This document shows positions 1 through 11,508 of a stretch of DNA of 64,000 nt, piece after piece. Numbering within the stretch: the first letter of the stretch is position 1; each line of letters opens with the position of its first letter. The notes under the pieces are model-generated. The model saw only the letters and a list, made by a program, of their open reading frames with translations, had not been told where the DNA came from and did no database searches. The stretch is from the IMG/VR virus record IMGVR_UViG_3300005611_000008, positions 38,204 through 102,203 of that record; one strand, written 5' to 3'. Source of the stretch: a virus. Taxonomy: Duplodnaviria > Caudoviricetes. Position numbers and translations under genes: made by a program.

Positions 1-4
1 TACT

Positions 5-226
5 TTGTACCTAAATAATGTTCAGAGTTATAGTAATAGTCCTGCTTTCACTAAAGATGATGTTATTTTAAAAAGTGATAGCGAAACGCAAATAGCGACA
101 GTTGAAGACATAAAGGGTCCAGAAGCAAACACATTTTCTGGAGAACTGTTATATACTGAAAATGTTCGTGTAGTTACTCGTGACCCCGAACAGGTTGAAG
201 ACATAAAAATTATTTTAGATTTTTAA
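5..226 (+). CDS. Baseplate wedge subunit gp8-like, C-terminal fragment (starts upstream of window)
   Basis: C-terminus GELLYTENVRVVTRDPEQVEDIKIILDF resembles the conserved gp8 end of marine T4-like phages; lies directly before the VrlC-like gene. Confidence 0.7.
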   Translation: MYLNNVQSYSNSPAFTKDDVILKSDSETQIATVEDIKGPEANTFSGELLYTENVRVVTRDPEQVEDIKIILDF

Positions 227-237
227 AGGTAGAATAA

Positions 238-3200
238 ATGGGCATCGAAACCAATCTCAATCAAAGTCCTTATTTTGACGATTTTGATGAAGGCAAGAAC
301 TTTCACCGTGTGCTTTTCCGTCCGGGGTTTGGCGTTCAGGCACGAGAACTCACGCAGATTCAATCAATCTTACAAAATCAAATTGAACGATTTGCAAATG
401 AAGTTTTAGTTGATGGTACTATAGTCAGTGGTGTTGGTTTGTCAACCGATGATAAATTTGACTATGTTAAGTTAAGAGATAAAGATGCCAACAATCGCGT
501 TTTACTATTAGGAGATTTCTTCCAAGGCGGAGAAGTGGCAAATGCAGTAGTGACGGGTTCTACCTCCGGTCTCACCGCACAATTAATCAATGTCGTAGAT
601 GGTTCTGAAGCAGCGTCACCAGACAATCTTTCTATCTTTATTAAGTATACAAACTCTGGTGCCAACAACTCTGCTCGTGCGTTCGATAGTAATGAAACTC
701 TGATTTTGCGTCAAAGAGCAAATAATCAGTTCATCGTCGCAGCAAATACTATTACATCAAATGCAACAGGTTATGGTTTCCGAGCATCTGTTTCCGATGG
801 TATTATCTATCACAAAGGAAACTTTGTTAGAGTTTTACCGCAGTCTATTATTGTTGACAAGTATTCAACAACACCCACCAAAAAAGTTGGTTTTGAAACT
901 ATTGAATCTATTGTTGATTCAAACCAAGATTCATCTTTGTTAGATAATGCTTCCGGTGCAACCAACTTTGCGGCACCCGGTGCAAACCGTTTGAAGATGA
1001 CTCCTACATTGGTAGTTCGTAACATCAATGTTGCCAACACAACCACCTTCTTTACTGTCGCAGAAATCGAACAAGGAAGGGTCGTTCAGAGGTTTACTGA
1101 TTCGGTCTACTCTGATATAGGACAATATATTGCAGAAAGATTCTACGAAACCAACGGCAATTATGCAATTGAACCATTCAATATTCGTATACGTGAGCAC
1201 CTAAAAGGTTCTAACAACTTGGGTCGTTACAATGCCGATGGTGGTGGTAATAGCAATAAGTTGGTTGCGGAAGTTGAAAAAGGTATCGGTTATGTAGATG
1301 GCAACCGCATTTCACTTGAGTCTCCTATATTCCGCGATGTCGATAAAGCAACTGACTTTGAAACTAAAGATGCTCGTATCATAGGTCAAGCAATCGGAAA
1401 CTATGTTATAGCAAAAGAAGTTGTCGGTACTTGGGATTTTCAAGGGTTGCGTGAAGTAGATTTGCATGATACAGTACAGCAAGGTATTTCTGGATTAAAT
1501 TTTGGAAACCAATCCGCACAAGGTACAAAAATTGGTACTGCACGTGTTCGTGGTTTCCAGTGGAATTCGGGAACTGCAGGAACTCCAACAGGACAATTTA
1601 GAATTTATTTGTTTGACATCAAGATGGAAGTCAACAAGTCATTTTCGGATGTGCGGAGCATTTATGTAGATAATACTTCTGGTCCAAAGTCAATGGCAGA
1701 CTTGGTGCTGAATGCAGACGGAAACGCACAAATCGAAGAAGCAGGACTGAATACTCTAGTCTTTCCATTTACGCAAAAGGGCACAAAAACTTTGCGAGAT
1801 GAGGACAACAACATTGATACGCAATGGGTATTCAGAACAGAAAAAACTGTCAACTTTGTGGACGGTGTTGCCGCAGTATCTGCCAACTCTGCACACGCAG
1901 GGGGCACAGAGACACTAAATGATACGGGTTCTTTGACAAATGTCGATGAGAGAAATCTTATCATTGTGTCTAAGCAAGCATCAGAAACAGATCCACATAC
2001 AGGTTCGGTTACGACATTCACAGGAAATACCGTAACTGGTTCCGGTACAACATTCGAGTCATCGTATCAAGTTGGTGACATTATGACGATTGAAGACGGT
2101 GCTAATACGGTCACCGCACGTATTACCAACATTGTGAATGACACTGGATTGAATGTTGCGAATACCTTTACTTATACTCGTAGTGGTGTTACACTGGCAC
2201 ACAAAACATCATTCCCTGAAGGTTATATTTTTGATTTAACCTCTAATGGTAATATTACCTCTACATCTACGACGCATACTATTGAACTTGATCAAGCAAA
2301 CTTGGCATCGTCATTCCTCGCATCAGTCTATTTCAATGTTTCTCGTTCAGATGCAGTTCAAACCTCAAAGACTGTTAATAAGAATAAGTTCATTGAGATT
2401 GACACCACGACAAATTCTGCAGGTTCTTTGGGACCATGGTCTCTTGGTGTATCAGATGCATTTAAGATTGAAGAAGTGTACGTTGGTAATGCAAACACAG
2501 TAAATACTTCAAGCACCACTTACACCTCCGAGTTTGAACTTGATACTGGTATGAAAGATGCGTTCTATGACACATCTTCAATCCGATTGAAATCCACAAG
2601 TACCTTAGATATGAACGGCAAGGGAATGCTTGTTAAGTTCTCACACTTTGGAAGAGACCGTTCTGCAGGAATTGGTTTCTTGTCTGTTGATTCTTATCCA
2701 ATCGATGATTCTAACGCATCAAACACAACAGCAATTACTACCCAAGAGATTCCGGTGTTTAGATCACCGACAACAGGTGTAGAATATGACTTGCGAGACA
2801 GTATCGATTTCCGTCCAATCAAATTGAACAGCATTGTTCCTTCTTCTGTATATACATCTGCACCAAAGAACCCTGCTGCAAACACAAGTTATAGTATTGA
2901 TTCTGATGGAGCATATATGCCGACTCCAGACGAAAATTTCCAAGTAGATATTCAGTTCTACCTTCCACGCAAGGACCGAGTAGTTTTGACAAAAGAAGGT
3001 CGTGTTGAAGTTGTGAAGGGCATTCCTTCTATTATACCTCGTACACCGGAAGAACGTGCAGGTTCAATGACTCTTGGTATTTTGGACATTCCAGTGTACC
3101 CGTCTTTGTCGCCATTTGTGGCAAAGCAATCTGGACGCATCGACTATCAAGTTAATTTGTCTCTTGAAAATAACCGTCGATATACAATGAAGGATTTGCG

Positions 3201-5889
3201 TTCGGTAGAACAACGAGTCAATAATCTCGAATACTATTCGTCTTTGAACGCACTCGAAGCATCAGCAAAAAACAAGCAACTGTTTAACGACTCTGGATTG
3301 GATCGTTTTAAGAATGGTTTCTTAGTAGACAATTTTGATGGTCATAATCTGGCAGACACCACAAAGGTTGGATACCGTGCTGCAATTGATAGAAACAGAA
3401 CTTTATTGAGACCATCGTACATTCGTGGTGATGTTAGTATGTCTGATGGTTTGGTGCAGAATTCTACCAACTTGACAAAAACTGGAAACCTGATTACTCT
3501 ATCATATACTAATTCGACTTTATTGGATCAGAAGTTTGCATCTAAGTTGCGTAACCCAGTTCAAGAAATAACCTTTGATTGGCAAGGTGAGATTAACCTG
3601 AATCCTTCAATGGATAACACACCAGATATTACCACGCTACCAGATATTCAAGTAGATTTTGATGGTATGTATCGTGCGATTGAAGAAATTGCATCTAGAA
3701 CTGGTGTCACGGGTATTGATTGGGGCAATTGGAATACTGTAAATACTACAGTAGATAGAAGGACTGTGAGACGCGGAGATACAGAAACTCGAACCACTAC
3801 AACTCAGACTGACCAGATTCGCGAAGGCATTCAAACCACCATCAGTGCATCCACCGAAACTTTCTCAATCGGAAACTTTGTTGAGAATGTTGCGGTGCGA
3901 GACTTCATTCGTTCGCGTAATGTCCAAGTCACTGGTGTTCGGATGAAACCAAACACTCGCGTCTACCCATACTTTGACGATGAGTTAGTTGCGGATTATG
4001 TGGCACCTGCAAACAATTCATTTGCCAATACTGGCGTGGAAGGAGCAAACCTCGTAACAGATAGCACTGGTACGGTGTATGCCAACTTCCGTATTCCTAA
4101 TGATAATGAACTAAAATTTAGAATCGGTACAAGAAGATTCGAACTAAAAGATGTTGCAAACACGCAGACACAATCTAGTTTGATTACCACATCCGCACAC
4201 GGAGACTACACAAGTATTGCTCTTGATGTTACACAACGTGGAAGTGCATTGAATATTACCGTTCCGCAGATTTCAGACAACCGCGTGACAGATAATAGAA
4301 CCTTGACATCAGTGACTCGAACAGTACGAGACGTTAATGATAATCGTGGCGGTGGTGATCCTATAACTCAAACCTTTACGGTTTCTGCGGGCAATTCAGA
4401 AGGCGCATTTATTACTAAGTTGGATTTATACTTTGGACGCAAGTCTTCTACTTATCCAATCACCGTTCAGATCCGCGAAGTAGAAAATGGTTTCCCAACA
4501 CAAACCATTGTTCCCTTTGGTTCAAAGACTTTACAACCTGCATCTGTGTCAACCAGTAATGATGGTCAGACTGCGACAACCTTTACATTTGATTCTCCAA
4601 TATATCTGCAAAACAATAAAGACTATGCGCTGACAGTGATTCCTGGGGGTAATTCGGATGAGTATGCAGTTTGGGTTGGTGAATTAGGAGGTACTGATGT
4701 ATCCACTAATGAATTGATTGACAAACAACCTACAACTGGTGTATTATTTGTTTCTGCGAATAACAAAACTTGGAAACAAATTCAATCTGAAGACTTGAAG
4801 TTCAAGTTGCATCGTGCAAACTTTACTAGAAATACTGGGACTATCTATGTTGAAAATGATGCATTAGATTTCTTCACATACAGTACTATCAATGGAACAT
4901 TCCAGAATGGAGAAAAAGTCACCAATGCAGGTGGAGATCGTGGTTTCATTAAGTTTATCGATACTGCGAATCAGAAGATTCATATCGAAAACTCTACTGG
5001 TGGTTTTAGTTCCTCAGATGTAATCACTGGTTCTGTATCGGGCGCGACTGCAACCATTAGCACAGTAGACAATTTGATTTTGAATACTTTGGTTCCGAAG
5101 ATTCCTCAGATTACATATGCAAATACAAGTGCATCTTGGTCTGTAAGAGCAACATCTACTTCAGGTGTTATTCCTTCTTCTTACAAGTCTATTGATTTAC
5201 AGTTTGAAAATGACTTCATTGATGGAGAAAAGAAAGTATATTCCAAGTCTAATGAGTCTGTGTTGACTCCGGTTGATGGTTCTAGTAAGACTTTGACTTT
5301 GAAAGGAACGATTTCATCCACTGATAACTTCTTATCACCTGTTATCGATACTTCTAGAATGAATTCGATTGTTATTGAAAATGTTATTAACAACGACAAC
5401 GATGAAGAGTGGAAAGAACAAGGTAACGCACTTGTTAGATATATCACTCGCCCAGTTGAGTTGTCTGATGGGCAAGATGCCGAAGACTTGAAAGTATTCT
5501 TGACATCATACAAACCTGCAGGAACAGACATCAAGGTGTATGCTAGAATTCATAACCCAAGTGATGCGGAAGATATTGATTCAAAAGACTTCACACCTTT
5601 GACTCAAATTACTGACTCAACTTTGGTTTCTGACTCAGTTGATACGAGTGACTTTAAAGAATTTGAGTTTGGATTCAGTGCAAATACTGACGGTCAGAAC
5701 TTTTTAGCAAGTGCCAACTCGCATGCACGACTAAATAGTTCTAATAATGAAGTTGTTACTTATCGTGCGGGAGACGGATCGATTCATGCGACTTACAAAA
5801 CCTTTGCATTGAAGATTGTTATGACAAGTTCTGGAAGTAATATTGTTCCTCTTGTCCGAGATATGAGAGCAATTGCACTACAAAAATGA
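238..5889 (+). CDS. Large virion structural protein, VrlC-like / DUF4815 family
   Basis: 1883 aa; N-terminus TNLNQSPYFDDFD..FHRVLFRPG..VQARELTQIQSILQNQIE, internal DRFKNGFLVDNF and C-terminal P.VRDMRAIAL are typical of this family in marine T4-like phages. Confidence 0.85.
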   Translation: MGIETNLNQSPYFDDFDEGKNFHRVLFRPGFGVQARELTQIQSILQNQIERFANEVLVDGTIVSGVGLSTDDKFDYVKLRDKDANNRVLLLGDFFQGGEVANAVVTGSTSGLTAQLINVVDGSEAASPDNLSIFIKYTNSGANNSARAFDSNETLILRQRANNQFIVAANTITSNATGYGFRASVSDGIIYHKGNFVRVLPQSIIVDKYSTTPTKKVGFETIESIVDSNQDSSLLDNASGATNFAAPGANRLKMTPTLVVRNINVANTTTFFTVAEIEQGRVVQRFTDSVYSDIGQYIAERFYETNGNYAIEPFNIRIREHLKGSNNLGRYNADGGGNSNKLVAEVEKGIGYVDGNRISLESPIFRDVDKATDFETKDARIIGQAIGNYVIAKEVVGTWDFQGLREVDLHDTVQQGISGLNFGNQSAQGTKIGTARVRGFQWNSGTAGTPTGQFRIYLFDIKMEVNKSFSDVRSIYVDNTSGPKSMADLVLNADGNAQIEEAGLNTLVFPFTQKGTKTLRDEDNNIDTQWVFRTEKTVNFVDGVAAVSANSAHAGGTETLNDTGSLTNVDERNLIIVSKQASETDPHTGSVTTFTGNTVTGSGTTFESSYQVGDIMTIEDGANTVTARITNIVNDTGLNVANTFTYTRSGVTLAHKTSFPEGYIFDLTSNGNITSTSTTHTIELDQANLASSFLASVYFNVSRSDAVQTSKTVNKNKFIEIDTTTNSAGSLGPWSLGVSDAFKIEEVYVGNANTVNTSSTTYTSEFELDTGMKDAFYDTSSIRLKSTSTLDMNGKGMLVKFSHFGRDRSAGIGFLSVDSYPIDDSNASNTTAITTQEIPVFRSPTTGVEYDLRDSIDFRPIKLNSIVPSSVYTSAPKNPAANTSYSIDSDGAYMPTPDENFQVDIQFYLPRKDRVVLTKEGRVEVVKGIPSIIPRTPEERAGSMTLGILDIPVYPSLSPFVAKQSGRIDYQVNLSLENNRRYTMKDLRSVEQRVNNLEYYSSLNALEASAKNKQLFNDSGLDRFKNGFLVDNFDGHNLADTTKVGYRAAIDRNRTLLRPSYIRGDVSMSDGLVQNSTNLTKTGNLITLSYTNSTLLDQKFASKLRNPVQEITFDWQGEINLNPSMDNTPDITTLPDIQVDFDGMYRAIEEIASRTGVTGIDWGNWNTVNTTVDRRTVRRGDTETRTTTTQTDQIREGIQTTISASTETFSIGNFVENVAVRDFIRSRNVQVTGVRMKPNTRVYPYFDDELVADYVAPANNSFANTGVEGANLVTDSTGTVYANFRIPNDNELKFRIGTRRFELKDVANTQTQSSLITTSAHGDYTSIALDVTQRGSALNITVPQISDNRVTDNRTLTSVTRTVRDVNDNRGGGDPITQTFTVSAGNSEGAFITKLDLYFGRKSSTYPITVQIREVENGFPTQTIVPFGSKTLQPASVSTSNDGQTATTFTFDSPIYLQNNKDYALTVIPGGNSDEYAVWVGELGGTDVSTNELIDKQPTTGVLFVSANNKTWKQIQSEDLKFKLHRANFTRNTGTIYVENDALDFFTYSTINGTFQNGEKVTNAGGDRGFIKFIDTANQKIHIENSTGGFSSSDVITGSVSGATATISTVDNLILNTLVPKIPQITYANTSASWSVRATSTSGVIPSSYKSIDLQFENDFIDGEKKVYSKSNESVLTPVDGSSKTLTLKGTISSTDNFLSPVIDTSRMNSIVIENVINNDNDEEWKEQGNALVRYITRPVELSDGQDAEDLKVFLTSYKPAGTDIKVYARIHNPSDAEDIDSKDFTPLTQITDSTLVSDSVDTSDFKEFEFGFSANTDGQNFLASANSHARLNSSNNEVVTYRAGDGSIHATYKTFALKIVMTSSGSNIVPLVRDMRAIALQK

Positions 5890-6098
5890 CAAAGGTTAAG
5901 ATTGAAAATCACGAAGATTTGGTTCGTGATGTGGAAACGCAAGCAGTTTTGAATGTAGATTCATCATCGCTTGCACAGTATCGAGAAAGACGTAAACAAG
6001 AAAGAATAAAAACAAAAGAATTAGAGCATCTCAAAACCGAAGTTTCTGAAATAAAAGAGTTGCTTTATCAGTTGATCAACAGAGACAACAACCGATGA
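5886..6098 (+). CDS. Small conserved hypothetical protein (coiled-coil C-terminus)
   Basis: ATGA overlaps on both sides; KIENHEDLVRD motif like the small gene that follows VrlC in marine T4-likes. Confidence 0.75.
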   Translation: MTKVKIENHEDLVRDVETQAVLNVDSSSLAQYRERRKQERIKTKELEHLKTEVSEIKELLYQLINRDNNR

Positions 6099-9000
6099 CA
6101 GTACAAATATCAAACACTAATCTTAACGATAATTTCAACAATTGGCGATTAAATACGAATTTAATTGCCACAGTTCTTAGTAATAACGTCGTTACAGTGT
6201 CAAGAGCAGGATCTGCGAATCGCGGAGGATATGCCGTAGGTAACGGTCATATAGACGGTACTTTCTCTGCTTCAAATCTGCGAACCGAAACTTTAGGTGG
6301 GGGCAATACTACTGTAACCGACTCTTTAAGCATTGTCTCAAATGCATCTTTCACAGGCACGACACTTACAGTATCATCCAATGCCACTTTTGAAGGAAAT
6401 GTTAATTTTAATACCACTGGTTCTGACCGACTGATTTTCGGTGACATTTCTCGTATTCGTCTGACTGGTGGATCTACAAACCAGTTCTTATTCAAGAGTG
6501 CTGCCGATACAGTTTCATTTAAGACAATATCTCTTGAAGATGTTAGTAACTTAACTACAGGTGCCTCGCACTTTACTCTGGTTGGTTCAAACTCGCAGTT
6601 AAGCGACAATGGTGATTCTCCAGAGATTCGGTTAGTTACGGACAGTGGCGATACTGCCAAAATCTTTGTTGCCCAAGCACCTTTAGTCGGTGATTCAGAT
6701 TTGTATGCTAAACTTGCCGACTTACTAGGCGATAGTAAGTTTGTAATAGCAAATGTTTCAAACACTGAAGTTGCGTCAATTTCGTCGCAAGGGGATATTT
6801 CTGCGAATGCTATTACGGCAACTTCAGTCACCCCATCATCAAACTTTTTACCAAATGCCGATGACAGTCTTGATCTTGGTTCTTCCTCATTTGAATGGAA
6901 AGATTTGTACATCGATGGTGTAGCATATATCGACGAACTGTCAATGGGAACATCCGCAGGACAGGGTATTGCAACATCTCTGATTCCAAAGACAGATGCG
7001 GCAGGTAATCTTGGTTCAGTTACTCGTAAGTGGGGAACTGTTTTTGCAGATAATACGAATGGTGGGTTAGGAGTATTTAAAACACTTGGTGTATCTGGTA
7101 ATCTAAACGCAAACGGTTCATCATCTCTTAACGCAACTACAGTAACAACGCTTGATGCAAACGGTGCAGTTGATCTAAACTCTACTCTGAATGTAGATGG
7201 TGCTACAACTCTTAACGGGTTGACAGCAACAACATTCTCAGCAAACGGTGCAACGACTCTCAAAGGTACTGTAGAACTTGGTGATGCATCAACGGACACG
7301 ATTACAGTTAAGGGCAACTTTGCCAATCAATCAACGTCTGGACTTGCCACATTTGACGGTAATGTAAAAGTTCAAGGAACCAATCTGACAATCTCGTCTG
7401 AAGTTAATAGTAATATTATTCCAGACGCAGACAACGGTGTAGGACACTATAATTTGGGTTCTACTTCAAAGCGTTGGAATACTCTTTATGCTAATAATAC
7501 ATTTGCAAATAATATCACAGTCGATAATAACGTTGATATTTTGGGAGACTTGAGCGTACAAGGCAACACGACTTTTGCATCTGGTGGTGCGGTGAGTGCC
7601 CCTGAAGGTACATTTACCAGTCTTTCTGTCTCAGGCATTTCATCTTTTGAAGGCAATGTTGATTTGGGCAATGCCTCGGGCGACATCATATCTATCACAG
7701 GTTCTATTGACACTGACATTATTCCAACGGGATCTCGCAATGTAGGGTCTTCAGGTTCTCCTTGGAATAATGGTTTCTTTACTGGAACATTGAACACTGA
7801 TGTTTTAACCGTAGATGAAAATTCTACCTTCACAGGTGCGGTTGATATCAATAACAATGTTGATATTTCAGGCAATCTATCAAACGATGGCACAAAGATC
7901 ATCAGTAACAATGGTAAGATTTACGCAAATAATGCAATCACTGGTGGCACAATTACCAATGCTATGCTTGCAACACATGGGAACCCAACTGGAACCTTTG
8001 GTTCTGCTACTAAAATTCCAGTAATTACTATTGATGATCGTGGTCGCGTTACTAACATTTCAAATACATCTGTAGCAGGCGTTTCAGCATTTTCTTATGC
8101 TTCTGCCAACAACACATTTAAGATTGATGCCGCAGACGGTTCTAACTACACAGCAACCATTTCAAGTGGTTCCCTCGGAAGTGCACTTCTTGAAAACTCT
8201 GGTGTGATTGCATCAGCATATGGTTCATCTACGCAAGTTCCTGTTATCACTGTAAATGCAAAGGGTATTATTACAGGTGTAACAACATCTACGGTTGCGG
8301 GTGTATCTGGAATAACCTACACACAGTCAAACAATAATATTCGTATTACAACTGCAGATGGTTCTACGTTTGATGATGTGATTGATTCTGCAACTGCTAA
8401 CACAGATGGTTCCAATGGCGGTTTAACTAATCGTGGTGTTGCATCGTTTGATTCTGGAGATTTCACTGTATCAAATGGATTTGTCTCTCTTAAAAATGCA
8501 ACAACTGGGGCAGTACTCGCAATCGGTGGCACAGCAAACGAAGTCAACGTCTCTCGTACAAATGGTACAGTGACGGTTGGATTGCCTGATGATGTCACGG
8601 TCACTGGACAGTTGAATGTTGGTGAAAATATTGTAATCTCGGGCAACTTAATTGTCAATGGCACCACCACCACAATTAACTCGACTACTGTTCGTGTTGA
8701 AGACAACATTATTGTTCTGAACGAAGGTGTAACAGGCACACCTTCTCTGAACTCTGGTTTGACTGTTGAACGAGGAGACTTAGTAAACAAGTCTTTGTTG
8801 TGGAACGAAACAATAGACAAATGGACTGTTGGTTCGGAAACATTTGTTGCAGGAACATTTGAAGGCAACCTAACAGGAACTGCAAATAGCGTTTCAAATG
8901 CACTCTCCGCAGGATCGTATCTAACAGGAGATTCGTTTGATGGTTCTGTATCAAGAACTTTCGCAGTCGATGCTACATCATTGAATACAGCAAGTAAGGT

Positions 9001-9430
9001 TGTGGCACGTGATAGTAGTGGAAACTTTTCTGCCTCAATCATCACTGCCTCCCTAAGCGGTAATGCATCTACTGCGTCCAAATTAGCAGTTGCAAGAAAT
9101 ATTCAGGCATCAGGGGACATTTCTTGGGGGGTGACCTTTGACGGATCTAACAACGTTTCCTCAGTGGCAACCATTCAAAATGGTGTAGTTGACACAGATC
9201 AGTTGGCATCGGGTGCAGTAACAAATGAAAAATTAGCACTTAATGCTATTAACACTAATCAGATTGCAGACGATGCCGTTGACACTAATCAGATTGCAAA
9301 CAACGCGGTGACTAATGCTAAAATTGCCCCAGATGCTGTGGATTCTTCTAAACTAGATAATGTACAGTCTTTGCAGATTATAAATTCTACGGGTACTGTT
9401 TTGAAAACAATCTATGGAGCAGGTTCTTAA
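6095..9430 (+). CDS. Tail/baseplate fibre-like structural protein
   Basis: 1111 aa rich in Gly/Ser/Thr/Asn; N-terminal DNFNNWRLNTN; repeated P.TD....LGS....W..L/V.. fibre modules; C-terminal AVxxxxIA repeats. Confidence 0.75.
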   Translation: MTVQISNTNLNDNFNNWRLNTNLIATVLSNNVVTVSRAGSANRGGYAVGNGHIDGTFSASNLRTETLGGGNTTVTDSLSIVSNASFTGTTLTVSSNATFEGNVNFNTTGSDRLIFGDISRIRLTGGSTNQFLFKSAADTVSFKTISLEDVSNLTTGASHFTLVGSNSQLSDNGDSPEIRLVTDSGDTAKIFVAQAPLVGDSDLYAKLADLLGDSKFVIANVSNTEVASISSQGDISANAITATSVTPSSNFLPNADDSLDLGSSSFEWKDLYIDGVAYIDELSMGTSAGQGIATSLIPKTDAAGNLGSVTRKWGTVFADNTNGGLGVFKTLGVSGNLNANGSSSLNATTVTTLDANGAVDLNSTLNVDGATTLNGLTATTFSANGATTLKGTVELGDASTDTITVKGNFANQSTSGLATFDGNVKVQGTNLTISSEVNSNIIPDADNGVGHYNLGSTSKRWNTLYANNTFANNITVDNNVDILGDLSVQGNTTFASGGAVSAPEGTFTSLSVSGISSFEGNVDLGNASGDIISITGSIDTDIIPTGSRNVGSSGSPWNNGFFTGTLNTDVLTVDENSTFTGAVDINNNVDISGNLSNDGTKIISNNGKIYANNAITGGTITNAMLATHGNPTGTFGSATKIPVITIDDRGRVTNISNTSVAGVSAFSYASANNTFKIDAADGSNYTATISSGSLGSALLENSGVIASAYGSSTQVPVITVNAKGIITGVTTSTVAGVSGITYTQSNNNIRITTADGSTFDDVIDSATANTDGSNGGLTNRGVASFDSGDFTVSNGFVSLKNATTGAVLAIGGTANEVNVSRTNGTVTVGLPDDVTVTGQLNVGENIVISGNLIVNGTTTTINSTTVRVEDNIIVLNEGVTGTPSLNSGLTVERGDLVNKSLLWNETIDKWTVGSETFVAGTFEGNLTGTANSVSNALSAGSYLTGDSFDGSVSRTFAVDATSLNTASKVVARDSSGNFSASIITASLSGNASTASKLAVARNIQASGDISWGVTFDGSNNVSSVATIQNGVVDTDQLASGAVTNEKLALNAINTNQIADDAVDTNQIANNAVTNAKIAPDAVDSSKLDNVQSLQIINSTGTVLKTIYGAGS

Positions 9431-9433
9431 ATA

Positions 9434-10345
9434 ATGGCATTTCGACGACCTTTGAAATTAAACGGTAGTAATCTACAAGAAATGGCGAACACGGATATTG
9501 AAAACATTCAAAATCTCGCGTTCTGGCAATATATTAGCAATCCCTCAGTATCTCTGTCTGTGGTAGGTTCTAGTGGAAATCTAGGAACTATCAATGACAC
9601 TAGATTGCAAGCAGGAACATATTCTACTCTCGTCAATAGATTTCCCACAGAAGAAGAAACTGCAGAACCAACAACGGTAACTGTAGGATATGCTAGATTA
9701 GATCAAACAGTAACCGATACTAATCCACCATCTGATAATGGAACGTCTTTTCCTGTTTACTATGATTCAACTGGAAATATTAGGTCTATGAATCTGCAAG
9801 ATATGTATGATACTTTTGGGTATGCAGCAATAGAAAATTTGCAAACAGCATCCTCTATTGAAACAATTTATAGAATACATACTTCCACATCATTCACAGG
9901 GTATAGTTTGGTTAGTGCTACTCCAATATTTTCTGACTCCGGTGCTGATGTGAGTTTATACACCGCAGATGGAATTCCAGAAAGTCTAGACCAACCAGCA
10001 ATCATTGGAGATTATTATTTGTTAAAAAGAGATTATGTAGCACCTGAATTCCCCCTACCAGTAAAAAATGACAGTAATAATTTGGCATCTTTTACCAGTA
10101 GTAGTTTTGAGTCCATAATTGAAACTATGATAAGGCATCTTGCTGCAGAGGTTTCTGGTTATCGATTACGTTATTCTTGGGATGGTACAGGAACCACTGT
10201 TGGTAGTGTGCTTGATCAAAGACTCAATGGTTCAGGTAGTTTTAACGAACTGGAATTTGATGAAAACGATTATCGTGCACAAGAATTTCCCAATGGATCT
10301 TTGGTGACAGTTAATACTTATAATTTAAAGTTGAGGCAAGAATGA
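9434..10345 (+). CDS. Hypothetical, probably tail-associated protein
   Basis: 303 aa, coupled to the fibre gene; two RPLK/PVK..N.L.. and D.RL..G..-type internal repeats. Confidence 0.6.
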   Translation: MAFRRPLKLNGSNLQEMANTDIENIQNLAFWQYISNPSVSLSVVGSSGNLGTINDTRLQAGTYSTLVNRFPTEEETAEPTTVTVGYARLDQTVTDTNPPSDNGTSFPVYYDSTGNIRSMNLQDMYDTFGYAAIENLQTASSIETIYRIHTSTSFTGYSLVSATPIFSDSGADVSLYTADGIPESLDQPAIIGDYYLLKRDYVAPEFPLPVKNDSNNLASFTSSSFESIIETMIRHLAAEVSGYRLRYSWDGTGTTVGSVLDQRLNGSGSFNELEFDENDYRAQEFPNGSLVTVNTYNLKLRQE

Positions 10346-10830
10346 TATTATCTAATGGAAGATTTACACACGCAAGGTTCACGAGTTCTAAAAAAAATCA
10401 AGTCGAATCTATTTGGTTTGATGAGGAAAACAAAACTTACGAACAAGTTGCAATTGAAGTCGACTTAAAAAGTCCAGAGTATGTGAAGTTATTAGAAACT
10501 TTTACTATAGATGAAATTTCTACTATGACCGACCAATACGCAAAAGAAGAAACGCAAAACTTCCTTGCGATTGTAAAAGACATTGCGGAAAAACACGATT
10601 TGATTTACGATCCAGATGCAGTGAACGGAAAAGATAAGTTGAATATCGACCACATCTTCAGTCCTCCTGAAGGCGACGATGGTGTTGACTTGTTGTTCAA
10701 TGTGAAGTTGAAAATTTTTGAACTCGATGAAGTTCTAAATTCTGACAACGGAGAACTCAAAAAAGCATTGCGAGAATCTAAAACTCCAATGGAAGCATTT
10801 TATATCGCAGGTAAGTTCTTATACGAATAA
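10342..10830 (+). CDS. Hypothetical protein (acidic; possible fibre assembly factor)
   Basis: 162-aa ORF with ATGA overlap to the previous gene; function by context only. Confidence 0.55.
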   Translation: MILSNGRFTHARFTSSKKNQVESIWFDEENKTYEQVAIEVDLKSPEYVKLLETFTIDEISTMTDQYAKEETQNFLAIVKDIAEKHDLIYDPDAVNGKDKLNIDHIFSPPEGDDGVDLLFNVKLKIFELDEVLNSDNGELKKALRESKTPMEAFYIAGKFLYE

Positions 10831-11508
10831 GTGATACTTTGTCCACTTACTTGGATGGTTCGTCATATGAGTAAAGTGGACAAACTTAATTTCCGGATAG
10901 AATTCATCTCCGATAAACATATAAGGGTTCCCGGTCACTTTTTGATACATCCTATTGAGTTGAGTTAAGGTGTGTCTTGTGTAGGGTTCTTTTCTTGCTT
11001 CCATTCTACAGAACCATTCGTCAGGCATCTTAACCAACTCCAATCCCTCATTCACAGAATCTTCTATAAAGTGTTGTTCTCCATTGATTGGTCCTGCGGT
11101 ATATCCTTCTTCAATGTACTTTCTTTGCCAGTATTCGGGGGATTGCATAAACTTATCTAGAATGTACTTACAGTCTTTTGGATAGTATTTGTAGAATCCT
11201 CCATTGATACTAAACCGAGTTCCTTCCGCATCTCTCCACCAACCCGGCATCGCAACAAACTGTCCTCGTTCAATTGGGTACTCGAATATCTTTTTGTAGT
11301 CATTGATTAGTAAGACATCGATGTCCATCACACAGATAGGTTCATCGGTATCAAGAGTCATACCGTACATCTTATTCCATTGAAGTTTGATGTTATCGGA
11401 CATAGGTTCGCGAACCCAAGTAAATTGATACTCAGGAAGTTTGGACTCTAGGTAAGTTTCATACTCGGGACCATATCGGTCTCCGATTCTAACTGCGATG
11501 ATTTGCAT
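10819..11508 (-). CDS. Glycosyltransferase (GT-A fold)
   Basis: IIAVRIGDRYGPEY start, W.K, DxD motif (MDIDV), INGG, GEQ.F and C-terminal VHF; paralogous to 16282..16959. Confidence 0.7.
   Translation of the reverse strand: MQIIAVRIGDRYGPEYETYLESKLPEYQFTWVREPMSDNIKLQWNKMYGMTLDTDEPICVMDIDVLLINDYKKIFEYPIERGQFVAMPGWWRDAEGTRFSINGGFYKYYPKDCKYILDKFMQSPEYWQRKYIEEGYTAGPINGEQHFIEDSVNEGLELVKMPDEWFCRMEARKEPYTRHTLTQLNRMYQKVTGNPYMFIGDEFYPEIKFVHFTHMTNHPSKWTKYHLFV

Noticed and set aside
6247-9081. Long minus-strand ORFs (359 and 254 aa) within the fibre gene
   Set aside because: Antisense open frames expected from the biased codon usage of Gly/Ser/Thr-rich genes; no motifs
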